Shown here: positions 1 to 8,753 of the stretch, piece after piece
How the letters are laid out: each line of letters starts with the position of its first letter
How positions within the stretch are numbered: the stretch's first letter is position 1
Source: Minisyncoccota bacterium
GTDB lineage: Bacteria > Patescibacteriota > Minisyncoccia > Phycocordibacterales > JABAAK01
NCBI GenBank assembly: GCA_963668425.1
Contig: OY764332.1
Location: 524,336-588,335 of the forward strand
Length of the DNA stretch: 64,000 nucleotides
Reading direction: 5' to 3'
Translations under genes and position numbers: made by a program
Notes under the pieces: model-generated
Database searches by the model: none
What the model was told of the DNA's origin: nothing
Seen by the model: only the letters and a program-made list of their open reading frames with translations

Positions 1-41
1 ACAAGCGGCACACGCTTCGGACAACATATATCTCTCGCCTG

Positions 42-428
42 ATGCAGGATAAGGCAAGGATGCGGGAACTTCAGGGTAACTGGGAAAAAATTGCTGCAGT
101 GGTGGAAGAGGGGAGCTCTGAAAAATGGAAAGAGACATTGGCGCTACTGCAGGAGACGTTGGATGGTGTATTGGTTTTGTTGCGTTTTGAGGGAGAGAGT
201 CTCACGGAAAAATTGCAAAATATGGAGGAGGATGACTTGTGGAATGTTGAAAAATTATGGGAAGCAAATAGTTTGATCTTGCGAGTACAGAAACAGGTTG
301 AAGAGGATGAGTCGGTGCCGGCCATAACAGAAAAGGTGATGAAAAAAGTTGTTGCTATTCATTTGACTTCACTTGTTTGGCTCGGGTTGTTGCCACACCA
401 CCTTGATGCGCCACCGTGGGTTCCATAA
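42..428 (+). CDS. hypothetical protein (helical, acidic), possibly 5'-truncated by window edge
   Basis: 128-aa ORF; coding-like composition; no recognisable motif. Confidence 0.35.
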   Translation: MQDKARMRELQGNWEKIAAVVEEGSSEKWKETLALLQETLDGVLVLLRFEGESLTEKLQNMEEDDLWNVEKLWEANSLILRVQKQVEEDESVPAITEKVMKKVVAIHLTSLVWLGLLPHHLDAPPWVP

Positions 429-595
429 TGAAATGAATGTAAACTAATACACACATTGCTTGCAAACGTTGTGTATAGGTCGTATACTATATGATAAGTC
501 GCTAGGGACAAACATATGAAGCAGAATATAGCAATACAAACGCGAAGTATTATGTGGTATATATAATGAAACTTGCCCTGCGGCTGTAGTAGTGC

Positions 596-669
596 AGCGG
601 GGTAGAGCAGTCAGGTGGCTCGCCAGGCTCATAACCTGGAGGTCGTTGGTTCAAATCCAACCCCCGCTA
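596..669 (+). tRNA. tRNA-Met (anticodon CAT); elongator-type or tRNA-Ile2 precursor
   Basis: Cloverleaf read directly: acceptor agcgggg/ccccgct, D-arm gagc/gctc, anticodon stem ccagg/cctgg, loop cTCATAa, T-arm gttgg-ttcaaat-ccaac, discriminator A. 1-72 is A-T paired and there are not three consecutive G-C pairs in the anticodon stem, so it is not an initiator. Confidence 0.8.
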
Positions 670-979
670 CCTAATTGGAATGATGGGACACACTCCCTGT
701 CAGGTCGTGTGGTTTATTGTAGGTGTGCGCCGTTTCGGTGTGTTGTAGAGGGCTTTCCAGCCGTTGCGCGACTGAAAGGTGATCTGTTTGGTGTGCAGAG
801 TACGGTTCAAACCGACTTCTTTTCAAAAAACTTTTTATTTTGACAGGTCGGTGTTCAAGTACGATATTTAGTCGGTCGGGATCGGGGGTCGTGATATACA
901 ATGGGTAGGAATAGAAAAGGATGGCGAGTACGCGAATATGGCGAGGAAGAGAGTGAAATTAATAAAAAAGTAATGCGTA

Positions 980-1285
980 GTGTGGTATACTAAGCGTATG
1001 AAGAGAACAAAAGCAGGACAGAAGAAGCATGATGAGAGTGTAAAGAGAAGTGCTGATGCATATAAACAGCGTGGTTACGATGTAAGAGCGGATATACCGG
1101 GAGAAAAAAAGCCTAAGAATATAGGGGGGTATATTCCAGATATCATTGCTAAAAAAGGGAAGAAAGAGACTGTTGTTGAAATTGAAACAAGAAAAACGGC
1201 AACTACTGATAAAAAACAACAACAGGCATTTAAGAATTATGCAGACAAAAAGAGTGGGAGAAAGTTTACAAAAAAAATAATTTAG
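980..1285 (+). CDS. hypothetical small Lys-rich basic protein
   Basis: 101-aa ORF, about 25% Lys/Arg; lies between tRNA-Met and its 3' direct repeat. Confidence 0.45.
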   Translation: MWYTKRMKRTKAGQKKHDESVKRSADAYKQRGYDVRADIPGEKKPKNIGGYIPDIIAKKGKKETVVEIETRKTATTDKKQQQAFKNYADKKSGRKFTKKII

Positions 1286-1571
1286 CACAGCATTCTCTCC
1301 TCCAGACTTTTGAGGAGTGTTAGCGGAGCAAAAGGATGGAGGTGTAGATGGCGAAGTGAAGTGGTATCGTCCACTACTGAGCGGGACTCGCACCTTTCAC
1401 CTTTCCAATTTTCTTTTTCAATTTATCCGCCGCCCCTTTCCGTGTGCGCTTTCATTTGACAGAAATGGGTACAAAACAAGGAGAGTATATTTTTACTGAA
1501 AAGGTGAAAACACAGGAGCAACATACCTTCTTGCAACACGATACAATGAAGAAGAGAACTGGTATACATTC

Positions 1572-1805
1572 TTGTCTCATGCAAACGGGATAAAGGCTAT
1601 CAGTCAGAATACTGGACCAGGTGGTGATTTGGATGTGTTTATAGAAGATGACGATAAAGTGACAACGCTAAAAGAAGCATACAAAAATGAAATATTACTT
1701 GAGGCAGATGTGGAAAATAACAATGCGAGGAATAGTTATGCTTCTTTGTCAAAATCAATTGAAGAAGGTCTTGGAGAAATTGTTGGAGAAGATTTCATTG
1801 AGTAA
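1572..1805 (+). CDS. hypothetical small acidic protein
   Basis: 77-aa ORF followed by an intrinsic terminator. Confidence 0.4.
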   Translation: MSHANGIKAISQNTGPGGDLDVFIEDDDKVTTLKEAYKNEILLEADVENNNARNSYASLSKSIEEGLGEIVGEDFIE

Positions 1806-1844
1806 TACCTTCTTTGCTTCTGCAAATAAGCAATTACAGCAAAT

Positions 1845-1882
1845 AGCACGGCACTGATATATTTGTGCCGTGCTATTTTTTT
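1845..1882. terminator. bidirectional rho-independent terminator between convergent genes
   Basis: agcacggcac-N10-gtgccgtgct, a 10-bp perfect stem, followed by atttttttt. Confidence 0.6.
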
Positions 1883-1895
1883 ACTTATTTTGATC

Positions 1896-2597
1896 TCAAC
1901 CAGCATTATCTTCTGTCTCGGGCAGTGGGTCAAGAGGGTAGATAAAAGCAAATCGGTTGCGTGGATTAGAAGGATTAAATAGTCGATCTTCATTTTTGTT
2001 CATAGTATCACTCAATCTGCTGGAGATGATCCACAGCCCAATACCAGTTTTTTGGTGAGGGGATGTGTCATCTCGAACGATATTAAATATTCTCGGAACA
2101 CCGTCAGGGTATACAGTAATTGCTTCAGTTGCCACAAAAAATTCACTAAGGAATTCGTTATCTGATTGGTCGGGTTGTTCTGTAAATTGCAGGCGTATTT
2201 GCACTGCAACTTCAGGTGAGCATGGCAGAAGACCACATTTTTTTCCTCTCTCAATGATGTCATCCAAGGTGACTAACTCGTTTTTAGCAAATTCCATGTC
2301 ACGCAAGGAAAGCACAACTATTGCAACTTCACCTTTATCTTTTGCAATTGGGAAGTCGGGGTGAGAGAGTGCCTGTGCTGATAATGCATCTACAAGAAAT
2401 GCTTTTTTCTGTAAATCTTGAAGCAGATCATTACCAGTTGCATGTGTTCTGAGCATCACGTTGGGAAAAGGAATGTTCCAGTCCTTTCCGTGGCACTCTT
2501 CTGATCCTTCTTCCCACGCGCAGGAGACAAGAAGGGCCGAGGTTAATATGGTGTATAGTAGTAAAAGGGTTTCTATAGAAAAGGTAAGGTTTTTCAT
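1896..2597 (-). CDS. putative lipoprotein
   Basis: The ORF-track 297-aa ORF runs antisense through the tRNA repeat. A better start is the internal ATG at 2597, with AAGGAGA RBS 6 nt upstream. The N-terminus MKNLTFSIETLLLLYTILTSALLVSCAW has a lipobox L-V-S-C. Confidence 0.55.
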   Translation of the reverse strand: MKNLTFSIETLLLLYTILTSALLVSCAWEEGSEECHGKDWNIPFPNVMLRTHATGNDLLQDLQKKAFLVDALSAQALSHPDFPIAKDKGEVAIVVLSLRDMEFAKNELVTLDDIIERGKKCGLLPCSPEVAVQIRLQFTEQPDQSDNEFLSEFFVATEAITVYPDGVPRIFNIVRDDTSPHQKTGIGLWIISSRLSDTMNKNEDRLFNPSNPRNRFAFIYPLDPLPETEDNAG

Positions 2598-2704
2598 TAC
2601 GTTCTCCTTGTTTTGAATACTTCTAATGTAGAGTGTACAATAATATATGCAATGTGCCAAGGGTTGCATGTGAGGATTCACCACAGTAGTTTTGGATATT
2701 TTTA

Positions 2705-2736
2705 AGGTCGTTGGTTCAAATCCAACCCCCGCTACC
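2705..2736. repeat. 32-bp direct repeat identical to the 3' end of tRNA-Met (640-671); attL/attR-like duplication
   Basis: aggtcgttggttcaaatccaacccccgctacc occurs at 640-671 and at 2705-2736. Confidence 0.75.
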
Positions 2737-2820
2737 AAAGTGGGTAGCAGAGATGCCCTTGTTGTTAGTGTGGTAGCAGGGGCTGACATTTTCTAATTAA
2801 ATGATCAAACCCCCACTACA

Positions 2821-3252
2821 GTGGGGGAAGGAGAAAAGATTTTGACAGTAAAAGAAGAAAGAAGAGAGAAGAGAAGAAAAATGAGACCGATGGTGTTTGT
2901 GGGTTTTCTCACTTTTTGTATTGGTTTGATTTTCGGTGCATTCGTGACAACTATCTCACCTAAAGAGACAGAGATTTCAGAGATTACCAGTTCTCTGGAG
3001 ATTAAAGAGGTCACAGTGCCACTGAAATCGACGGTTACCCATGAAGAAATTACTATCAGTCAGTATGTTGTCAATGAGCTTGGATCTCTGTCTCACGAGA
3101 TTAAGATGGCGGAAAAGATTCACAAGGGCTTGTACGTCATCGTGAATACCGCTACCCCTGATCGGGAGTTTCCTGAGCTTCCGAGCATCCTTGAGATTGC
3201 TCTGGAGATCAAAGAGACAGGTTACTTTGATTTAATGTCCCACCTTAAGTAA
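2821..3252 (+). CDS. small membrane protein (1 TM); GTG start at 2821 or ATG at 2881
   Basis: Charged N-terminus, then hydrophobic helix MRPMVFVGFLTFCIGLIFGAFV; the 3' end runs into the repeat/terminator unit. Confidence 0.45.
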   Translation: MGEGEKILTVKEERREKRRKMRPMVFVGFLTFCIGLIFGAFVTTISPKETEISEITSSLEIKEVTVPLKSTVTHEEITISQYVVNELGSLSHEIKMAEKIHKGLYVIVNTATPDREFPELPSILEIALEIKETGYFDLMSHLK

Positions 3253-3378
3253 GTTCATTTAATAACGGCTTCTGATGCGTTCGCGCATTGGGAGCCAATT
3301 TTTATATATATATTGTGTTATTAAGGGGATAGTATATTGCTGAGGTTTGGGTCAAGTTGTGTTTTTGCTGAAGAAGGA
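3250..3378. repeat. about 125-bp repeat unit, copy 1 (gene 3' end + bidirectional terminator + 3' end of a minus-strand gene)
   Basis: Near-identical to 3766-3902; a truncated third copy lies at 3527-3560. Confidence 0.7.
3267..3303. terminator. rho-independent terminator (13-bp stem, UUCG tetraloop)
   Basis: ggcttctgatgcg-ttcg-cgcattgggagcc followed by aattttt. Confidence 0.6.
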
Positions 3379-3408
3379 AAACCCTTGTTTATGGGGATAT
3401 AGAGGGGG

Positions 3409-3437
3409 TTGACAAATAGATATGTATATTGTATACT
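3409..3437 (+). promoter_or_regulatory. sigma70-type promoter
   Basis: TTGACA at 3409-3414, 17-nt spacer, TATACT at 3432-3437. Confidence 0.5.
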
Positions 3438-3492
3438 ATAGTCAGTGATGATGTATATTCAATCCCGATTATTATCGGGAAAGGAGAAAGCA

Positions 3493-3543
3493 ATGATAAG
3501 AGTATTTTTAGCTATTCTTAGTTTCGTTAGTAAGCTCATTTAA
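3493..3543 (+). CDS. 16-aa mini-ORF (MIRVFLAILSFVSKLI), possibly a leader peptide or the remnant 5' end of a deleted cassette gene
   Basis: AAGGAG RBS 6 nt upstream; sits downstream of the promoter above; its 3' end lies inside the truncated repeat copy. Confidence 0.25.
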   Translation: MIRVFLAILSFVSKLI

Positions 3544-3576
3544 TAACGGCTTCTGCGCATATAAGGAGAAAAAACT

Positions 3577-3774
3577 ATGGTTAAAGTAAGAGTAAGAGTT
3601 GTTATTTCGGTACTGGCCCTGGTTGCAGTATTTAGTTTTGGTGTACTTTCGGGTGTAATGGCTCCTGCCATCATGCAGGTGCCGGATGCGCCACCGGTTT
3701 CGGAGGATGAGGTATGCGATGCATACTCCCCGCAACAGCACCTCATTCTTGAGGAACTGAACGGGAGTAAGTAA
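3577..3774 (+). CDS. small secreted peptide (65 aa, Sec signal peptide)
   Basis: AAGGAGA RBS; N-terminus MVKVRVRVVISVLALVAVFSFGVLSGVMA, then an acidic 36-aa tail with one Cys; the stop is embedded in repeat copy 2. Confidence 0.5.
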   Translation: MVKVRVRVVISVLALVAVFSFGVLSGVMAPAIMQVPDAPPVSEDEVCDAYSPQQHLILEELNGSK

Positions 3775-3902
3775 GCTCATTTAATTTTTTAACGGCTTCT
3801 GATGCGTTCGCGCATTGGGAGCCAATTTTTTTATATATATTGTGTTATTAAGGGGATAGTATATTGCTGAGGTTTGGGTCAAGCTGTGTTTTTTGTTGAA
3901 GG
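3766..3902. repeat. about 125-bp repeat unit, copy 2
   Basis: Near-identical to 3250-3378. It also contains the last 12 codons (…QLDPNLSNILSP) of the minus-strand gene 3848-4732. Confidence 0.7.
3793..3831. terminator. bidirectional rho-independent terminator (second copy)
   Basis: Same 13-bp stem and UUCG loop as 3267-3303, followed by a T-tract. Confidence 0.6.
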
Positions 3903-4732
3903 AATTTGATGAGATCGTTCATTCTTTCTTGTTGTTCTGGCATGTTGGTCATGATATGGTTTAGTGATTGGTAGAGTGAGTTGATCAGTTTTGTGAATAG
4001 GTCATCACAGATACCCTCAATGTCTTCATCGTAGTCAACATCAATTTTTGCTAGATCGTCAATGAATTTTGTGATTTCTTTTCTTGGCATGGAGAGGTAC
4101 GCAAGTGGTGCGTCTCCTCGTTTTAATTCACTCGGATACCACTTTTTGTCTTCTTGGTTGAGGGCGATGCCATATTTGATTGTTTTTTCTTCTTTGTTTC
4201 TTTTGACAATGTTGTTTAATTTTGAGCCCTGGATAATGTTGTCTCTATTTGAATTTGTTTCATCAATTGCACAGATTACCTGTCCTGTTTCCTCATCAAT
4301 GATCAAAGAGTCAACGCCATCAAATATATCGGTATGTCGTGCTGTTGGAACAATAGATATCTTTTTTGCGTTTAGTGCGTAGTGGAAGATGACAGAAACC
4401 GCTTTTTCAAAGGTTTCGGCTATTTTGTTCATTTTCTCATGGTCTGGATTTTTTGTCGCATCACTACGGGCGAATTTTTCTTCTAGTTGTGTGATTTTTT
4501 CTTTGTCTTGTTCTACCTCTTCTTTTGTGTAGTATCCTGTGTCTGCGAACCAATCCATGCTTACCTCGCTACCTGTGTCTGTGCCGATCCCCAGTGATGA
4601 TTCAAAGTATGTGCCAACTTTTTTCAATAGTGAGTCAAGATTTTTAAGTCCTTCAGGATTGAGCTCTAATGACTCTTTTTTTTCTGCAGAGGCGCGTGGC
4701 TTTTCCCAACGATTCTTTCTCATTGTGGGCAT
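3848..4732 (-). CDS. hypothetical protein, paralog of 4826-5933
   Basis: 294-aa ORF; shares the motif D-x-x-G-x-D-x-h-h-I-D-x-x-T-G-x-x-h-x-h-I-D-x-T with the next gene (DIFDGVDSLIIDEETGQVICAIDET vs GDIRGGYDIVGIDRNTGKTAFVIDVT). Confidence 0.55.
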   Translation of the reverse strand: MPTMRKNRWEKPRASAEKKESLELNPEGLKNLDSLLKKVGTYFESSLGIGTDTGSEVSMDWFADTGYYTKEEVEQDKEKITQLEEKFARSDATKNPDHEKMNKIAETFEKAVSVIFHYALNAKKISIVPTARHTDIFDGVDSLIIDEETGQVICAIDETNSNRDNIIQGSKLNNIVKRNKEEKTIKYGIALNQEDKKWYPSELKRGDAPLAYLSMPRKEITKFIDDLAKIDVDYDEDIEGICDDLFTKLINSLYQSLNHIMTNMPEQQERMNDLIKFLQQKTQLDPNLSNILSP

Positions 4733-4825
4733 TGTAGCACAAGATTAGCGGGCGTGAGTGGTAGTGATGATGGAGATTGCCGGTTGGTAAGTGAGTTTGG
4801 TGGTGATGAGGGGTGTGTTCAGTTT

Positions 4826-5933
4826 TTATACCATTTCCCAAAAAAGCTCAGGGTCAACACCTGCTTTTTCAGCAAGCACTTCTTCTACTTCATAGAATCT
4901 ATCCGTTAGATCTTCGATACGCCCTCTCCATTCTTCAATTTCAGATTGTACTTTTTCAGGTACTGATTTCCATTGAGATTTTTCTTCAGGAGATAGCATT
5001 CCGTATAGCCCTCCGACCCTTCTTTGGATTTTTGGCATGTTAAAAAAATTACGCTTTTCGTCTGGATCATAGATATGACTGATGTCATCCAATGATTTCA
5101 TTAACCTTTGAACAAGGTATAGAGTATTTTCAAAATCTTTTTTTGACGGCTCTTCAAATGATTGACTCATTCGGTCAATAATGTTCATAAGGTTATCTTC
5201 ACCTTTTGAATTCCTATCTGGCAGTGAAATGGATAGTAGGGGTGTCATAACAGAGTATGTTGGTGTGTATGTGTCGTCGTTTTGTTCTTTGTATCCATCG
5301 TACACCACCACACCATTTCTGTTGTTCTGGTATACCTTTTCTATTTTTTCTTCGTTTATAGGATGGTCCGGGTTATTTTTACCGAGGGTAACATCAATAA
5401 CAAATGCTGTTTTGCCGGTATTGCGGTCTATGCCAACTATGTCATACCCCCCCCTAATGTCACCGTAGAGATTGGAGCGGTAAAAGTAAAACTCTTCAGA
5501 AAGACATTTTGTTAATTCAGCAATAATGATTTTTTCGGCAAGATCTGATCGTTTTTTTATCTCATGCTCTTCTGAAGTTTCGCCTGCCTTAAACTGCTCC
5601 TGTTTTTTCTTTACGTATGTAATTTGTTTTTTTAGTATTTCCACTGGGAAAATGCCAGCATGGTTTTTGATTAGGTTTCTTCCGCTTTTTTGAGATAGTG
5701 GTATGCCGACCTCTTTAAGCATGTTTGTGTTGGACTCGCGTGCGGTGAGTAACTTTTCTGACCTCATGGCAATTTGGCGTTGCTCCTCTGGTGTGCGGTA
5801 TTGTTCTTTTTTGCGGTAGGTGTCGCGTTTTTGAGTAGAGTTCAGGCGTGCATTGCTTGCTTTGTCAGGAGAAAAAACTCTGTTTGCTGTCGGTTTGCTT
5901 ATTCTTCTTTCCATGTTTGGCATGTTACTGACA
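4826..5933 (-). CDS. hypothetical protein, paralog of 3848-4732 (start trimmed to ATG 5933)
   Basis: The ORF-track version (to 6061) overlaps the upstream gene by 38 nt and has a non-protein-like N-terminus; the internal Met MPNMERR is the more plausible start. Confidence 0.5.
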
Positions 5934-6023
5934 GTATGCCTTTTGTTTTTTCTGGTTGCGATACAAATACACATTGGGGAAGTGTTGTGTGCCACTTGTC
6001 TGAGATGGATGGGGTGATTGTTG

Positions 6024-6449
6024 TTAGGTTGAGAGAGGGTGGTTGTTGCTGTCTCCGGCATCGTGGCTGTCTTTAGTGCGTTGCTGTTGTGTGTGTGCTA
6101 TAACGCCTACTATGTAGAGGAGGGAAGGGAGTGTGATGACTGCAAGGAGTGCCACACTTCCTGGTGTTGCACTTGTAAGGAGGAGTGCTACGTTTGCAAG
6201 TGACAGGGTAAGATGTGCGACAGCAAGATATATCACTGGCTTAATGGCGTAGCGAATAATGAATCCGAGGAGCATAAATGGCATGGCAATGAAATTAACC
6301 AGTGCCCACCCAATATATAATAGGAGTACCATTTGGTGCGCGCTTCCAGTTTCCTGTAGCAGGAAGAGGACGAGTATTGAGATTGGTATTACCAGCGCTG
6401 TTACTACAATACCTGCCACCCGTATGCTTTTTACTGTTATTGGTTTCAT
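6024..6449 (-). CDS. integral membrane protein (4 predicted TM helices)
   Basis: 141 aa, very hydrophobic, hydrophilic C-terminal tail. Confidence 0.5.
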   Translation of the reverse strand: MKPITVKSIRVAGIVVTALVIPISILVLFLLQETGSAHQMVLLLYIGWALVNFIAMPFMLLGFIIRYAIKPVIYLAVAHLTLSLANVALLLTSATPGSVALLAVITLPSLLYIVGVIAHTQQQRTKDSHDAGDSNNHPLST

Positions 6450-6522
6450 GGCTATAGTATAGTATATATACTCGGGTATCTCTACATTGCCATTTTAGAT
6501 ATTGGGTGCTATGCTGTGAATA

Positions 6523-7428
6523 ATGAATGAACGTAGTAAAGGAGGGCTGGGTATCTTGTTTTTCTATATTGGCGCTGGTATTGCTTTGGCGGTTTCAGTT
6601 GTTTCTGGCATTCTCGTTGCTTTTGATCTTATTGATCGCCTTGCTTCTTATGAGACCCTTACTTGGTATCAGTTGTCTTCTACTGGTATGCCGGTGCGGG
6701 CTGCTTTTTTGTTGATCTCCTTTATTGTTCTCGTTGGTGTTGTGCGAAAGATGCGTGGTGCTGTGTATGAGTATCAGGGGACTGTTTGGTATACCCTTTG
6801 TAGGACGATTATATTTATCATTCTTACCGCTTCTGTTGTGCTTGTTGCCGTCGCTGTTTCTGTGTTATTCGGCGGACTCTTTTCAGGTGATATATCGTTG
6901 TCTGGTTTTTTGAAGTCGGTTTTTGTTGTTGGTGTTGGGTCAGCGGTATTTTACTACTATCGTGGTGTTTTGCATGGTGTATGGCGCTCGCAGAAGAAGC
7001 GGGAACGGATATTTGTTGTTGTGATGAGTATGCTTGTTGCTGGTATTGTTGTCGGCGCAGTTGTTGCCTTTGATCCGCTTAGTCGTCCGGCACTGCAGAA
7101 GGTGTATGATACGATTTCCTGTCTTGAGCGGCTAGATTCTCATTTGAAGGGTGCATATCTTGAAGAAAATAAAATTCCCGTAGGTGAGTTGTCTGATGAT
7201 GCTCTCTCGGATATTTTGCCACATTATGTTGCATGGGAAACAGAAGTGGATTGTAGTGCTATGGGAATCTCTTATGAGCAAATTGATACATCTCACTATC
7301 GTTTGTGTGCATCTTTTGAGGTGTTGCCAGAAGGTGTTGCGCATGGGCACTATCCGCATCGTTTTCGTGTGCAGGAAATCGGAGAGAGTTGTTTTGAGGA
7401 GGATGCTGATCGGAGAGATTTGTTTTGA
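6523..7428 (+). CDS. integral membrane protein (6-7 TM) with soluble C-terminal domain
   Basis: 301 aa; multiple hydrophobic helices, then a Cys/His-containing tail; divergent from 6449 across an AT-rich promoter region. Confidence 0.55.
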   Translation: MNERSKGGLGILFFYIGAGIALAVSVVSGILVAFDLIDRLASYETLTWYQLSSTGMPVRAAFLLISFIVLVGVVRKMRGAVYEYQGTVWYTLCRTIIFIILTASVVLVAVAVSVLFGGLFSGDISLSGFLKSVFVVGVGSAVFYYYRGVLHGVWRSQKKRERIFVVVMSMLVAGIVVGAVVAFDPLSRPALQKVYDTISCLERLDSHLKGAYLEENKIPVGELSDDALSDILPHYVAWETEVDCSAMGISYEQIDTSHYRLCASFEVLPEGVAHGHYPHRFRVQEIGESCFEEDADRRDLF

Positions 7429-7499
7429 GGAGGGTGCTGATAGGTAGTGCTTGAGAAGTATCAGTTGAAAAAGGACGTTGTGCTTTTGTGGTATTGGTA

Positions 7500-7636
7500 T
7501 ATACTATATGTATGATCCGAAGACAGCAGGTTGCGATATTTGGTGGCAGTATCGTCGTAAAACCTGCCGAGGTTTCAACTCTTGTATGATATACCTATAT
7601 CATACTGAGGCGGATCAGAATGACTAACAGATTATT
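7500..7636 (+). promoter_or_regulatory. possible L10 (rplJ) leader / autoregulatory 5' UTR
   Basis: About 140 nt of structured, ORF-free sequence immediately upstream of rplJ, where the L10(L12)4-binding leader lies in other bacteria; not validated. Confidence 0.3.
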
Positions 7637-8125
7637 ATGGCAATATCAAGAACAAAGAAAGAAGTAGTGATTGATCAGTTGAAGGATATTTTTGATACCG
7701 CACGAACTATTGTGTTTGTGCAGTTTGATAAAGTAACCGCCGAAGAGGCAAATACACTTCGTGGTGTATGTGTCGATGAAGGTGTTGGCTATCTTGTTGC
7801 GAAAAAGACGCTTATTCGTAAAGCGTTTGCTGATTCATCCTTTGCTGGTGCATTGCCGGAGATGGATGGTGAGGTTGCGCTTGCATATGGTGATGACATG
7901 CTTGCTCCGGCGAGATTGATGGGTGAGCAGGGCAAGGTGTTGGGAGAGCGTTTAGCTATTGTCGGTGGTGTGTTTGAGAAAGCGTTGGTATCACAGGAGA
8001 AGATGCAGTCAATTGCGGCTATTCCGCCACTTGAAACGCTGTACGCGCAGTTTCTCACCGTTATCCGTGCGCCAGTGCAAGGATTTGCCTCAGTGCTTGG
8101 TCAAATTGCTGATACAAAAGCATAA
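7637..8125 (+). CDS. rplJ: 50S ribosomal protein L10
   Basis: N-terminus MAISRTKKEVVIDQLKD and overall length are typical of uL10. Confidence 0.9.
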   Translation: MAISRTKKEVVIDQLKDIFDTARTIVFVQFDKVTAEEANTLRGVCVDEGVGYLVAKKTLIRKAFADSSFAGALPEMDGEVALAYGDDMLAPARLMGEQGKVLGERLAIVGGVFEKALVSQEKMQSIAAIPPLETLYAQFLTVIRAPVQGFASVLGQIADTKA

Positions 8126-8155
8126 TTATTTTTATTACATACTAACATACATATC

Positions 8156-8662
8156 ATGTCTGAAGAAAAAGATACACAAGAGGAAAAAGAAGAAGTGCAG
8201 CCGGCAGAGGCACCAGAGCCAAAGAAGGATGATGCACAGCCCGCTGATGCTGATCAGGTGGACTCTGATGACAGTGAAGAAGAAGTTGTTGTACCTGAGC
8301 GGTTTCAGAAGATTGTCGCGGAGATAGAGCAGATGAGTGTGCTTGATCTGCATGAATTAGTGCAGGTGTTTGAGAAGAAGTTTGGTGTTTCTGCCGCTGC
8401 GATTGCAGCTGCACCTGCTGCTGGAGGCGCTGATGGTGATGATGCTGGTGGAGGGCTGGTGACGGTAAAGCTGGAGGATGCTGGAGCAACTAAAATTCAA
8501 GTGATTAAGGTAGTGAAGGAGGTACTTGGACTTGGACTGAAAGAGGCGAAAGACCTTGTTGATGCCGCGCCGAAAGATTTGAAAGAAGGTATTACTGGTG
8601 AGGAAGCGGAAGAGTTGAAAGGAAAGCTTGAGGAGGCCGGAGCAAAGGTAAGTGTTGCATAG
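8156..8662 (+). CDS. rplL: 50S ribosomal protein L7/L12 with about 50-aa acidic N-terminal extension
   Basis: Canonical NTD ([26 protein letters not shown]) and CTD ([33 protein letters not shown]…EEAGAKVSV); preceded by [47 protein letters not shown]. Confidence 0.9.
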   Translation: MSEEKDTQEEKEEVQPAEAPEPKKDDAQPADADQVDSDDSEEEVVVPERFQKIVAEIEQMSVLDLHELVQVFEKKFGVSAAAIAAAPAAGGADGDDAGGGLVTVKLEDAGATKIQVIKVVKEVLGLGLKEAKDLVDAAPKDLKEGITGEEAEELKGKLEEAGAKVSVA

Positions 8663-8708
8663 GCGTTGCGGTAGTGTATAGATATAGCGATTACACCCTG
8701 ACAGAGAG

Positions 8709-8728
8709 GCACTGAGAAGTGCTTTTTT
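8709..8728 (+). terminator. weak rho-independent terminator after rplL
   Basis: gcact-gaga-agtgc followed by tttttt. Confidence 0.35.
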
Positions 8729-8753
8729 GTTGGGGTGTGATATTATTATAGAT

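Noticed and set aside
592-901. ORFs 592-843 (+) and 671-901 (-)
   Set aside because: They overlap the tRNA-Met gene, and 592-843 translates the tRNA itself.
980-1285. PD-(D/E)xK or Hjc-like nuclease assignment for the Lys-rich 101-aa protein (IPD…EIETRK)
   Set aside because: The motif spacing is approximately right, but the third element is E-x-E/T-R-K rather than (D/E)-x-K. That is too weak to call.
4826-6061. Full-length 411-aa version of the paralog gene
   Set aside because: The N-terminal 43 residues (MPETATTTLSQPNNNHPIHLRQV…) look non-coding and overlap the upstream membrane-protein gene by 38 nt. The start was moved to ATG 5933.
7381-7446. About 30-bp tandem duplication (gagagttgttttgaggagg(a/g)tgctgat) at the 3' end of the membrane-protein gene
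   Set aside because: It is real in the sequence but a single local duplication with no further structure, so it has low significance.
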